Positions 10,537 to 19,910 of a DNA stretch of 64,000 nt are shown here, one piece after another (positions within the stretch are counted from its first letter, which is position 1; each line of letters begins with the position of its first letter). The DNA is from Candidatus Poribacteria bacterium (GTDB lineage: Bacteria; Poribacteria; WGA-4E; WGA-3G): assembly GCA_965214095.1 (NCBI GenBank), contig OZ243938.1, positions 1,920,001 to 1,984,000 on the forward strand. Direction: 5' to 3'. The notes beneath the pieces are model-generated. The model was not told the origin of the DNA. It saw only the letters and a list, made by a program, of their open reading frames with translations, and did no database searches. The translations under genes and the position numbers were made by a program.

Positions 10537-11280
10537 TCAACCATCATAACGGAGATTTTTGCCGTTGTCAGGTCCTCCCTGACCCCAAACCCAAACATTG
10601 CGGAAAAATGCCTGTTTTTCAGATGGTAACCCATCAATGATATGTTTTGGCACCGTCGGTTTGTGGAATTGACACCCAACAAAATTATAGCAATTAAACA
10701 CTGCAATTCGTGGACGATCCGGATTCTTCCAAGTGTCACCAGAATGACATAGGTTCTCAGTGAAGATAATCGCAGAACCAGGTGGACAACTATATGTCTC
10801 AAGGAGTGGTGAATCAACCTTACGATGTGTCTCTGGGATTTGGAAGTTCGATTTATGACTTCCGGGTAGAAACAGTGTGCCACCTTCACCTGCTTTCACT
10901 TCGTTCAATTCAAACACAACCCGTGTCAATGCTGAGTAAATTCTTCCATCATGGCATTGATAACTAAAGTTAGGGTTCACATTTCGCACACCACCGTGTG
11001 GTGGCGGTCCCCCATTTCCCTCAGACCTATAGGTGAACCAACTTGATTCCATACGAATTTCACCCAAAGTTTCTTTGAGAATATCAATTATAGTTGGATG
11101 GTCAATCAAGATTGAAGATGCACCGCCGGGAAATTGTCGCTCATGCGGAGGTAATGCCTCGGGATTTGTGCGAATTGTGTCAACTTGGGTTTTAATTTCA
11201 TTTATCTCTGAGGGTGTCAACACTTCTGGAATTAACAAATACCCTTTCAGATCAAAGATAAATTTCTGTTCTTCAGTCAT
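10537..11280 (-). CDS. Phytanoyl-CoA dioxygenase (PhyH) family protein
   Basis: FDLKGYL, GGTLFLPGSHKSN, FTENLCH; start MTEEQKF lies 9 nt after AGGAG. Confidence 0.88.
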   Translation of the reverse strand: MTEEQKFIFDLKGYLLIPEVLTPSEINEIKTQVDTIRTNPEALPPHERQFPGGASSILIDHPTIIDILKETLGEIRMESSWFTYRSEGNGGPPPHGGVRNVNPNFSYQCHDGRIYSALTRVVFELNEVKAGEGGTLFLPGSHKSNFQIPETHRKVDSPLLETYSCPPGSAIIFTENLCHSGDTWKNPDRPRIAVFNCYNFVGCQFHKPTVPKHIIDGLPSEKQAFFRNVWVWGQGGPDNGKNLRYDG

Positions 11281-11348
11281 AAGATTCATCTCCTCTAATC
11301 ATCGGGCAGGAGACCCCGCTGCTTTAGCACGGGGAGGAATGCCCGTTC

Positions 11349-12356
11349 CTATCTATATTGAAAGTTTAGTTTAGTTAACACCTTGAAATCTCTTTGTTTT
11401 GCACCCGTTGTCAATCGTTTCCCATCAATGCTATAGATTGAAAACAATCCTTTTGCGTTGACACCTGCTAATCTTGTCAATCCATATTTGATATGCTTGA
11501 CAAGTGTGTTCTTGACCAATCCTTCTTTTAGCAAAGTGCCACCATATCGTGAACGGATACCCCCTTTTTTCGGTTGTTCTCTGTGTAGATTGCGTCTGGC
11601 TATTGGTATAGGTGATATACAGAATATATCTGTCGTATCTGGTATGCTATCACCGCCGACAGTATGATAAGCAAGACACCAACTATCCACACAATGTGTG
11701 TCAAAGGTTTCTGCTAACTTCTGTTTAGACTTTTTCAACCCAAGCCTATCACGGATTTCCTTTGTTTCGTATCCTTGGAGTGTTAGCAGGTGCCATCGCT
11801 TCTTGATTTCAGTATAGAACCACTGCTTACCAACTTCCAATGGACTAAAAGATTGATTCCACTTTTTAGCGCGTTTGATAGTCCGTGCTTTGATGTCTTC
11901 TACACATACATGACTAATAGGATAGAGTTTAGATAACCAATTAAGTATCCTTAACTTCCAATCCCATCTCGCACGCGTGCCAGCAGGTAGACGTTCTCTG
12001 TTAGCAAGTTTGTTTGTCCTATTTTTCCGATTAGGACACTTCCGTGAACGCCTACATCTACGAAGTTCACGTCTTTTTTCAACCTTTTTACCAACCTTGT
12101 TATGTGCGTCTGCTTGCACATTCAGATAAGTATGTTTCTCTGATTTCACACTAAAGCCTTCTTTCTTACTACCAGGATCCACACCAACCACTATGTCTTG
12201 GAGTTCAGTGTCTGATGGATCAACATTTAGTCGGACGCAAAATATACCATTATTCCAAAAGGGGGTCGCTTTCCCTGTTTGTATCCAACGCCTCGCCCGT
12301 GAAGGTTTTGTAGGCATGAGAGGGTGTTGATTTTTGTCTATTACTGGAACTAAGAT
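11349..12356 (-). CDS. isrB: IsrB OMEGA RNA-guided nickase (RRXRR/PLMP, split RuvC, no HNH)
   Basis: PLMP, RuvC-I GVDPG, Arg-rich bridge RRELRRCRRSR, RuvC-II VED, RuvC-III HCVD; no HNH between II and III; ~335 aa from an ATC codon 7 nt after GGAGG. Confidence 0.88.
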   Translation of the reverse strand: MLVPVIDKNQHPLMPTKPSRARRWIQTGKATPFWNNGIFCVRLNVDPSDTELQDIVVGVDPGSKKEGFSVKSEKHTYLNVQADAHNKVGKKVEKRRELRRCRRSRKCPNRKNRTNKLANRERLPAGTRARWDWKLRILNWLSKLYPISHVCVEDIKARTIKRAKKWNQSFSPLEVGKQWFYTEIKKRWHLLTLQGYETKEIRDRLGLKKSKQKLAETFDTHCVDSWCLAYHTVGGDSIPDTTDIFCISPIPIARRNLHREQPKKGGIRSRYGGTLLKEGLVKNTLVKHIKYGLTRLAGVNAKGLFSIYSIDGKRLTTGAKQRDFKVLTKLNFQYR

Positions 12357-12560
12357 GTGTAAACCTCCGAAGAGTATATATTGCCCCATCCAGATCGGGT
12401 ATTCGTAGAGGAATCGGACTTGGGGAGCATCCGAAACATACATTGGACTGCCACGTTCAGAACACCCGATATATGACTGTAGAAAATAGTTTAACTTGTG
12501 GAGTGAACGCTTGGCATGCGCTTCGCACAAGCCCCGATGCTTTAGCACGGGGTTATTGAC
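12357..12560 (-). ncRNA. omegaRNA scaffold (guide supplied by the 5' flank beyond 12560)
   Basis: Lies between the element end and isrB; atcgggtgttc/gaatacccgat stem, cggatgctccccaagtccg hairpin whose CCCC loop can pair with downstream GGGG, terminal ctcttcggag hairpin. Confidence 0.8.
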
Positions 12561-12645
12561 CTCCTAAACACTGTTTTGGATTTTGAAGATTGTAGCAGGA
12601 TTCTACTTTAATTGGAAATGTAAAATGTTTAGGAGAAAAAAAGAC

Positions 12646-12674
12646 TTGACATCGGCGACTAACTCGGTTATAAT
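12646..12674 (+). promoter_or_regulatory. Consensus sigma70 promoter of argF
   Basis: TTGACA-17-TATAAT. Confidence 0.85.
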
Positions 12675-12737
12675 TATGACTTCTTTTCACAACTCCTCAC
12701 AACAAAACATACGAATATGACCATTGCGGAGGTTAGT

Positions 12738-13688
12738 ATGCACCTAATTACTTTAAAAGACTGGTCAGAAACAGAAATCCGAGAAACCGTAGAAAACTGT
12801 ATCAAAATCAAGAATCACCCTGAGAAATATAGGCATGCCGCGTCTGCATTGAGTCTTGCATTGCTATTTCAAAAGACATCCACTCGGACACGGTGTGCTG
12901 GAGAGATTGGAATCTTACAGTTAGGCGGACATGCACTTTATTTAGACTGGCGAACAACGAACTTCGGATTGGCAGATCTCGGAGACGAAATGCATGTCCT
13001 GTCCGATTACGTTGATATTATATTAGCACGTTTCTTGAAACATAGTGATGTCCGAAAGGCTGCGGATGCCGCATCTGTCCCAATCATCAACGGTTGTTGC
13101 GACAGATACCACCCAACACAAGCCATTGGTGATCTTATGACGATACAAGAACATCTCGGGAAGTTAGAAGGTGTTAAGGTCTGCTTCATAGGTATTCATA
13201 ACAATGTGTGTAATTCGTTGATATCCGCAGGGATGAATGTCGGACTTGAAGTAACCGTTATTGCTCCTGAAGTTAACCCTGCTGCCGTTGATGAAGAACT
13301 ATGGAGACAGGCGGAACAAAAAGGGTGCTATAAATCCATACCTACAGATCCACTTGACACAAATGCAGCACTAAAGGAAATTATTGCTGAAAACGATGTT
13401 GTCTACACAGATACTTGGTTAGATATGGAATTCTTTGCAGATCCTGACTTTGCGGAGGAACGGGAACGTCGTATGAAACTGATGATGCCCTATCAGTTGA
13501 ATCCTTCGCTTCTTAAAGGAGTTGACTGTAAGATAATGCATTGTCTACCTGCACATCGCGGTTATGAAATCGCTGGTGAACTCCTTGATGACCCACGTGC
13601 TATCATCTTTGAACAATCAGAAAACCGTCTGCACAGCATGAAAGCAATCATACTCAAATTGCTTGGACGTTCTTATAGTGAAATGTAA
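12738..13688 (+). CDS. argF: Ornithine carbamoyltransferase
   Basis: STRTR, HPTQ, YTDTW, HCLPA motifs. Confidence 0.92.
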   Translation: MHLITLKDWSETEIRETVENCIKIKNHPEKYRHAASALSLALLFQKTSTRTRCAGEIGILQLGGHALYLDWRTTNFGLADLGDEMHVLSDYVDIILARFLKHSDVRKAADAASVPIINGCCDRYHPTQAIGDLMTIQEHLGKLEGVKVCFIGIHNNVCNSLISAGMNVGLEVTVIAPEVNPAAVDEELWRQAEQKGCYKSIPTDPLDTNAALKEIIAENDVVYTDTWLDMEFFADPDFAEERERRMKLMMPYQLNPSLLKGVDCKIMHCLPAHRGYEIAGELLDDPRAIIFEQSENRLHSMKAIILKLLGRSYSEM

Positions 13689-13811
13689 AAATATGTGCAC
13701 ACTCCCCGGTAGATGCGGTTTCCTAACCGCATCTATGAGATTGAACAAACACCAGTTCGGTTAGGAAACCGAACCTACCATAGTATGTAAATAATTATGG
13801 TTTTTACTATA
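13674..13811. mobile_element. MITE-like element with a REP-like doublet, overlapping the argF stop
   Basis: TATAGTGAAA...TTTTACTATA ends; near-identical copy at ~41594-41730 and partial copy at ~28546-28635. Confidence 0.8.
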
Positions 13812-13894
13812 TCTTATATCAGGAGTTAGAAAGACGCGTTGAAGAAAGCAATAGAGAGTGAACGTGAATTGAGTTCACACAACGAAGGTGACAA

Positions 13895-14179
13895 ATGGAC
13901 TACAGAAAGTTTTTCATAAGCCTTGCTTTACTCACACTTATCACCATCGGACTTATCGTTTTCGTCACGTATACTTATACCGGTTATACGCCAGAAGGAA
14001 TGATCGTTTCTCTGTTTATTACAATATTGAAACTGGTGTTCTTTGGGTTAGTCGTTATTGCACACTTATATCTTACCTATCTTGTATTTCTATTTTTGTT
14101 CCGGTTGCTGCGAAAGTTACTCTATTTTATTTCCGCCACATTGCGGAGAATGTATCAGATAATTTGCGCCAGACGGTAG
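13895..14179 (+). CDS. Small hypothetical membrane protein
   Basis: 2-3 TM segments; GAAGG RBS-like sequence upstream. Confidence 0.5.
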   Translation: MDYRKFFISLALLTLITIGLIVFVTYTYTGYTPEGMIVSLFITILKLVFFGLVVIAHLYLTYLVFLFLFRLLRKLLYFISATLRRMYQIICARR

Positions 14180-14267
14180 CATCTATGAAAGCGTATACCA
14201 GTAAAGTGTTTCTGAGCTTACTCTCAATCCTGATATTGATTTATTTTTTAAATTTTCTGTATAAAGC

Positions 14268-15419
14268 ATGAATAACTTTCTACAACACCTTGAATGCAGC
14301 AGTTGTCGTGAAACGTACACATATTCAGAACCGCAGAACCTCTGCCATTCTTGTGGGAAACCTCTCTTTGCCCGATATGCACTTGACCAGTTGATTGATA
14401 CTTGGAAACCAAAACAGTTACAGTCAAGACCCAATACTTTGTGGAGATATAGGGAACTGCTCCCTATCATCAATGATAAACATATCGTGTCACTCGGTGA
14501 GACGATGACACCGCTCATCCACGCAAAGAGACTTGGGACACAATTCGGTCTGCAACAACTCTGGATTAAGGACGAATCCCGTTTGCCGACAGGTAGTTTC
14601 AAGGCACGCGGATTAGCAATGGCTGTTTCCAAAGCGAAAGAACTCGGTATTAAAAAACTGGCAATCCCATCTGCAGGAAATGCAGCAACTGCATTATCAG
14701 TTTATGCTGCATCTGCGGGGATACCGGCATATATTTTTATGCCGAAAGACACACCCACATATAATATTGAAACCTGTCAACTTGCTGGGGCAAACGTTGC
14801 ACTTATTGATGGTTTGATTAGCGATGCTGGTAAGTTAGTTGCAGAACGGAAAACGGATGAAAACTGGTTTGATGTGTCTACACTTAAAGAACCATACCGT
14901 GTGGAAGGGAAGAAAACGATGGGATTTGAGTTAGCAGAACAATTTGGATGGAAGCTGCCAGATGTGATTATCTATCCTACGGGTGGTGGAACAGGTATTG
15001 TTGGCATGTGGAAAGCTTTCACAGAATTAGAGGCAATCGGATGGATAGGTAAGAAACGTCCGCGTTTTATATCGGTTCAAGCAGAGGGTTGTGCGCCAAT
15101 TGTAAAAGCATGGAATGAAGGGAAAACGCATGCTGCACCTTGGCAAAATGCTCAGACCATCGCAAGCGGATTAAGAGTGCCGCAAGCAATCGGTGACTTT
15201 CTGATTTTAGATGCTATACGGGAAAGTGGAGGAACAGCAGTTGCGGTTTCGGATAATGAAATCAATGATGCTATGCAGATGCTACCATCAACTGAAGGGG
15301 TATTGACATGTCCTGAAGGTGCTGCGACTGTCGCAGCATTAAAAGAACTTGTTGCGAACGAAACAATCAAGTCATCTGATCAGGTAGTGTTGTTTAATAC
15401 GGGTGGGTATCAATCGTAA
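14268..15419 (+). CDS. thrC: Threonine synthase (PLP fold II)
   Basis: PTGSFKARG, SAGNAA, EPYRVEGKKTMG, PTGGGTG. Confidence 0.9.
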   Translation: MNNFLQHLECSSCRETYTYSEPQNLCHSCGKPLFARYALDQLIDTWKPKQLQSRPNTLWRYRELLPIINDKHIVSLGETMTPLIHAKRLGTQFGLQQLWIKDESRLPTGSFKARGLAMAVSKAKELGIKKLAIPSAGNAATALSVYAASAGIPAYIFMPKDTPTYNIETCQLAGANVALIDGLISDAGKLVAERKTDENWFDVSTLKEPYRVEGKKTMGFELAEQFGWKLPDVIIYPTGGGTGIVGMWKAFTELEAIGWIGKKRPRFISVQAEGCAPIVKAWNEGKTHAAPWQNAQTIASGLRVPQAIGDFLILDAIRESGGTAVAVSDNEINDAMQMLPSTEGVLTCPEGAATVAALKELVANETIKSSDQVVLFNTGGYQS

Positions 15420-15429
15420 GAAAAGAAAT

Positions 15430-15464
15430 ATCCGTGAGCACGAATACAATCACACCCACGGATA
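15430..15464. terminator. Hairpin between convergent genes
   Basis: tatccgtg...cacggata inverted repeat. Confidence 0.45.
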
Positions 15465-15470
15465 ACAACC

Positions 15471-16238
15471 TTATCTATCTTCTTCAATATAATCGTATTT
15501 CGGTTTCTTTTCCTTCGTTGGCTCTTCTTTTTTCGTAGTCTCTGCTTTTGGGTTATTTGAACTGCTGAATGTTCGGTTGCCAATTTTATAGTCGGTAACT
15601 TTCAATATTGGATAGGGACCATCAAAACCAACGATTCTACCTTGTACTTCTACCACTTCATTCTTCTGCGCAGCATCAATCCGCAGTTGATCATATTCTG
15701 GCGAGGCAGTGAATACAAATTTCTGATCATCTTTACCGGTTGTGAGCGCATGTAACTGTTCAGAAGTATGCGGTCTATGTCGTGCCCATCCCGGTATATC
15801 CCGTATGCTACTACGTGAGAAACCTGGATATGCAAACAAACGTCCCTTCACTGTGGCTTCAGTTTTTAGCAGATGGACCTGACCTAATCCGTGTCGTCCA
15901 CGATAGCGGGAGTCTTTCAACTGTCGCATTATGTCATAGACATCAAAATGATGTGTTTCGCTATACTTTGAAACGCCTCGTCTCGGTTTCACTTCTACAA
16001 CTGTAGAAAAAAGTCTTTTCTTACCGTTTTTATCTATTGGTGCATGAAAGGTAACATCTTTTGGATCTGCCCACGGTGTCAACAGATGACGAATTTTGAT
16101 CGCATCCGCGACAGATATTACATCTGTAATCTCTATTTTCAAGGATTTTAGTTCGGCTACACTGAGTGTACTAATACCACAGATTAGAAACATCAATAGT
16201 GCAACACGAAAGATACTGCTGAAATTTGTGCGTTTCAT
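15471..16238 (-). CDS. Secreted hypothetical protein
   Basis: AAGGAG RBS, signal peptide MKRTNFSSIFRVALL. Confidence 0.65.
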   Translation of the reverse strand: MKRTNFSSIFRVALLMFLICGISTLSVAELKSLKIEITDVISVADAIKIRHLLTPWADPKDVTFHAPIDKNGKKRLFSTVVEVKPRRGVSKYSETHHFDVYDIMRQLKDSRYRGRHGLGQVHLLKTEATVKGRLFAYPGFSRSSIRDIPGWARHRPHTSEQLHALTTGKDDQKFVFTASPEYDQLRIDAAQKNEVVEVQGRIVGFDGPYPILKVTDYKIGNRTFSSSNNPKAETTKKEEPTKEKKPKYDYIEEDR

Positions 16239-16299
16239 AATGTGCTCCTTGCTTATATTATCTATCTTATATCCATTAAGTCTATTATACATTGATTAA

Positions 16300-16548
16300 C
16301 TAAATTGTGCAAATGATATTTGTGTTTGTATTACTATTTCTCGTGAGACCTAAAATAATACACCTGTCGCCCCGCTGGGGTTTGCATTGGTCGTGGCACA
16401 TTTTCTATACACATTCCGCCCCGCTGGGGCTGCTCATTTTGATGTTTTCACACTTTTTCATCAAAGTATTATCCTATCCAAAACTCACAATATATTGCAA
16501 ATGCCAGCAATATCAGTATGTAACCAAGAGAAATTGTCCAAACTATAG
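16300..16548. mobile_element. Degenerate copy of the 60267-60508 MITE
   Basis: Two gccccgctgggg hairpins and the right end ttgtccaaactatag; left end decayed. Confidence 0.75.
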
Positions 16549-16606
16549 TATGAATTAGTCTGATATATGTACTAACGTCCATACCACCCAATAGTTGACA
16601 GGATAC

Positions 16607-19600
16607 TTATTCTTCAGCACTACGTTTTTCCACAAGGTAATACAATGCAGGCAAAACAAGCAGTGTCAAAAAGGTGGCAGTAATCATACCACCGCTGATA
16701 ACAATTGCGAGCGGCTTCTGTAGTTCCGCACCTGAACCGTGTGCTAACGCAAGGGGGAGCATACCGAGTCCTGTGGTCATAGCGGTCATTAAAACAGGAC
16801 TAATCCGCTCTGATGCGCCTTTCATCACAGCATCATATAATGACATACCTTCGGAACGTAGTGCATTGATATGTGAAACCAAGATGATACCATTTCTCAC
16901 AGCAATTCCGAACAATAGAATGAAACCGACCATTGATGGAATACTCAATACGCCACCTGTTAAGAATACGCTGACTACCCCACCAATTAACGCTAACGGC
17001 AGGTTCAGTATTACCAGTAGTGTCAGTTTCATGGATCCCAATGCCAGAAACAATAGAATAACTATCCCGATTAAGACAAATCCTGTTTGTATGATAATCC
17101 GTCTCTGTGCTCGCTGTTGACTTTCAAACTGTCCACCATACGTGAGGAAATACTCTTCTGGTATATCAATCTGTGATTCAATTTTATCCTGAACTTCTGT
17201 AATAAAGTTCCCTAAGTCTCTATTTTGAACATTACATTGAATTACGATGCGCCGGGATACATTTTCACGGTTGATAGTATTCGGTCCCTTTCCAAAATTG
17301 ATGTCAGCAACCTGTCTTAATGGTATGAATGCACCTGAAGGTGTTTTGAGTTTTAGGCTGCCGAAGGATTCAACAGTTTTGACAAGTGTCGGGTCAATCC
17401 GAACAACGAGGTCGTATTGACGTTGTCCTTGAATTATCTGACTGACTGTTTCACCTTTGAATGCAGCCTCAGCGAAATGTGTGATGTCTTGAACACTTAG
17501 ACCGTATCTCGCCGCTTCAAACCGTTTTACCTTGATCTGAAGTTGATCGACCATCACCTGTTGTTCAACATGCAGATCAGCAACCCCGTCAATGTTTGAC
17601 AATACACCTTCAATTTCCTGTGCTTTCTGTCTTAACATATCAAGGTCAGGACCGAACAATTTCAATGCCACTTGTGCACTTACACCAGATAGGAGATGAT
17701 CCAGACGGTGCTGAATTGGTTGACCAACGGAGACCAAGACACCGGGGAAATTCTCTGTGGAAAGCAGTTCACGCACTTCTTCAAGTAAATCTTCACGAGT
17801 TTTCTCACGATCATCTGGCGGTTTGAAATTTACAACAATCTCATGTGTATTCACATCGTGTGCATGTTCATCCGCTTCTGCACGACCTGTCCGACTACTA
17901 ACACTTATGACATCTGATATCTCGTTTTTCAGTTTTATTTCCATTTCACGACCAATGCGTGTGGATTCTCCTAGCGATGTTCCTGGGGGTGAAAGTACAC
18001 TGATTGTAAATGTTGCTTCATCCATTACGGGTAAGAATTCCCTTCCTAATCTCGGTATTGATACAACTGTCAGAATTACCAATATCAATGCCACAGTCAC
18101 CACAAGCCAACGTAAACGTATGACGAGTGCAAGAATAGGACGGTATACATGTTTTATCCACATCACAACAGGCTGCAGCGTCAATGCCGTCTCAACATCT
18201 GAATCTGGTGCTAATGCAACAACGAATAGTCTCCATTGCACCACAAGATTACGGAAAAAATTGGATATGCTCCTAATCCAACCAAACATACCGCGTTTCT
18301 GCGTCCGGTCAACACCAGGGATGGTATCTTGCAACGGTATGTCTCTAACACGTCCTAACAGTAAATCACTAAGCACAGGAACGACAGTCAGAGCTACGAA
18401 CAATGATGCCGCCATTGAAATCACAACTGCCCATCCGAGTGGTCGGAACATTCTACCCTCAATTCCGCTCAGGCTAAACAGTGGTAAAAATACAAGGATA
18501 ATTATCAAGGTAGCAAATACGATAGACACGCGCATTTCATCACTCGCACGGGTCACAACCTGTGTCGGTGTTTCCGTTGATTCATTCCCTAACTCGCGGA
18601 GATGGAAATACTCTTGTAATCGCCGAAATATGTTTTCTACATAAACGATTGCATCGTCAACCACCATACCCACAGCAATTGCCAAACCAGCAAGCGTCAT
18701 AATGTTTAGGGTGCCACCTTGTAAAAGCAGAACAATAATTGCGATGATCAGAGATAAAGGAATTGCTGTCAGTGTAATCAGTGCTGTGCGGATGTTAAAG
18801 AGGAAGATAATCAGAACAATAACAACAAGGATTGCTCCATCACGCAATGCTTCTTTGACAGTATCTACTGCGCGACGAATCAAATCCGCTTGGGCATATT
18901 CGACTTCAACCTTAACACCATCGGGTAATGTTTCTTCAAGCGATGCCAATTCGGCTTCAACGCTATCGCTGAGTGTAAGCGTATTGATACCGGGTTGTTT
19001 CACGACTTTACCTAATACTGTTTCCTCACCATTCCGACTTCCTGCACCACGACGGATTTCAGGAAGCGTTCCAATCTTCACTGTTGCAATGTCCTTGACC
19101 AGAACGGGGGTGTTATGTTCGCGGACATCAATTACGACATTCTCAATATCTTCTACCGATTCAATTCTTCCTAAACCACGAATCATTAGTTCTTTGGCAC
19201 CCTTAATTAAGAATCCACCTGCAGCGTTGTCATTGCTCTTTTCAAGGGCATGGGCAACATCTTCAAGTGAAATACCGTAACTCACCAAACGTTCAGGATT
19301 GACAAAGACTTGAAACTGTTTAACATATCCACCAAGGTTAATTACATTGGCAATCCCACCTTGCGATTGGAGTCGATAACGGATGATCCAATCAGCAATA
19401 TCCCGCATCTCCATGGGATCAAGTTTATTATCCTCACTTGATTCATCTACGAGTGCATATTCCATTATCTCACCCAAGAGTGAAGATGTTGGTAAAATAA
19501 TCGGTGTATCAACTCCTTCTGGCAAATTGGGACCAACAAGTTGAAGCCGTTCATTTACCATCTGACGGGCAAGAAAGATATCCATTCCCCACTCAAATTC

Positions 19601-19885
19601 AACAAAAACGAGCGATAATCCAATTGCAGACGATGAACGAACACGAGATACATCAGGAGCACCGTTCATTGAACTTTCAATCGGTAATGTTACCAGTGTT
19701 TCCATCTCCTCTGGCGACCATCCATGTGCTTCGGTTAGGACAGTAATACGTGGTGGATTAATATCAGGGTACACATCAATCGGGGCAGTTTGGAACATCC
19801 TGAAACCAATAATGCCCGCAGCGATAAGTCCACAAACAACAAGGAGTCTATTCCTAAGTGAAACTTCAGTGATTTTTGACCACAT
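16607..19885 (-). CDS. czcA: CzcA/CusA-family heavy-metal RND transporter
   Basis: PIDVYPDI, GMVVDDAIV..EN, GRMFRPL, PVLMTA; periplasmic AEADEHAH. Confidence 0.92.
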   Translation of the reverse strand: MWSKITEVSLRNRLLVVCGLIAAGIIGFRMFQTAPIDVYPDINPPRITVLTEAHGWSPEEMETLVTLPIESSMNGAPDVSRVRSSSAIGLSLVFVEFEWGMDIFLARQMVNERLQLVGPNLPEGVDTPIILPTSSLLGEIMEYALVDESSEDNKLDPMEMRDIADWIIRYRLQSQGGIANVINLGGYVKQFQVFVNPERLVSYGISLEDVAHALEKSNDNAAGGFLIKGAKELMIRGLGRIESVEDIENVVIDVREHNTPVLVKDIATVKIGTLPEIRRGAGSRNGEETVLGKVVKQPGINTLTLSDSVEAELASLEETLPDGVKVEVEYAQADLIRRAVDTVKEALRDGAILVVIVLIIFLFNIRTALITLTAIPLSLIIAIIVLLLQGGTLNIMTLAGLAIAVGMVVDDAIVYVENIFRRLQEYFHLRELGNESTETPTQVVTRASDEMRVSIVFATLIIILVFLPLFSLSGIEGRMFRPLGWAVVISMAASLFVALTVVPVLSDLLLGRVRDIPLQDTIPGVDRTQKRGMFGWIRSISNFFRNLVVQWRLFVVALAPDSDVETALTLQPVVMWIKHVYRPILALVIRLRWLVVTVALILVILTVVSIPRLGREFLPVMDEATFTISVLSPPGTSLGESTRIGREMEIKLKNEISDVISVSSRTGRAEADEHAHDVNTHEIVVNFKPPDDREKTREDLLEEVRELLSTENFPGVLVSVGQPIQHRLDHLLSGVSAQVALKLFGPDLDMLRQKAQEIEGVLSNIDGVADLHVEQQVMVDQLQIKVKRFEAARYGLSVQDITHFAEAAFKGETVSQIIQGQRQYDLVVRIDPTLVKTVESFGSLKLKTPSGAFIPLRQVADINFGKGPNTINRENVSRRIVIQCNVQNRDLGNFITEVQDKIESQIDIPEEYFLTYGGQFESQQRAQRRIIIQTGFVLIGIVILLFLALGSMKLTLLVILNLPLALIGGVVSVFLTGGVLSIPSMVGFILLFGIAVRNGIILVSHINALRSEGMSLYDAVMKGASERISPVLMTAMTTGLGMLPLALAHGSGAELQKPLAIVISGGMITATFLTLLVLPALYYLVEKRSAEE

Positions 19886-19910
19886 AGATTTACCTCATTT
19901 CCTTTGAAAA

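Larger units (their letters stand above)
11295..12560 (-). mobile_element. Non-autonomous IS200/IS605-superfamily (ISC-like) element, no tnpA
   Basis: Same-orientation subterminal hairpins ccccg(c/a)tgctttagcacgggg at 11314-11334 and 12532-12552; 5' end GTCAATAACCCC; the other end could alternatively be 11303. Confidence 0.88.

Noticed and set aside
11349-12356. Cas9, IscB or TnpB call
   Set aside because: No HNH or zinc finger, too short, and the PLMP N-terminus excludes TnpB
12357-12548. N-terminal 64 aa of the 399-aa ORF as real protein
   Set aside because: It overlaps the structured omegaRNA; family similarity starts at VPV..PLMP, right after a GGAGG RBS
16307-16558. Small ORFs containing HLSPRWG (also 60314-60508)
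   Set aside because: Translations of the MITE sequence, not genes
17757-19280. Long antisense ORFs (295 aa and 192 aa) opposite czcA
   Set aside because: Ser/Thr-rich shadow frames with no recognisable motifs
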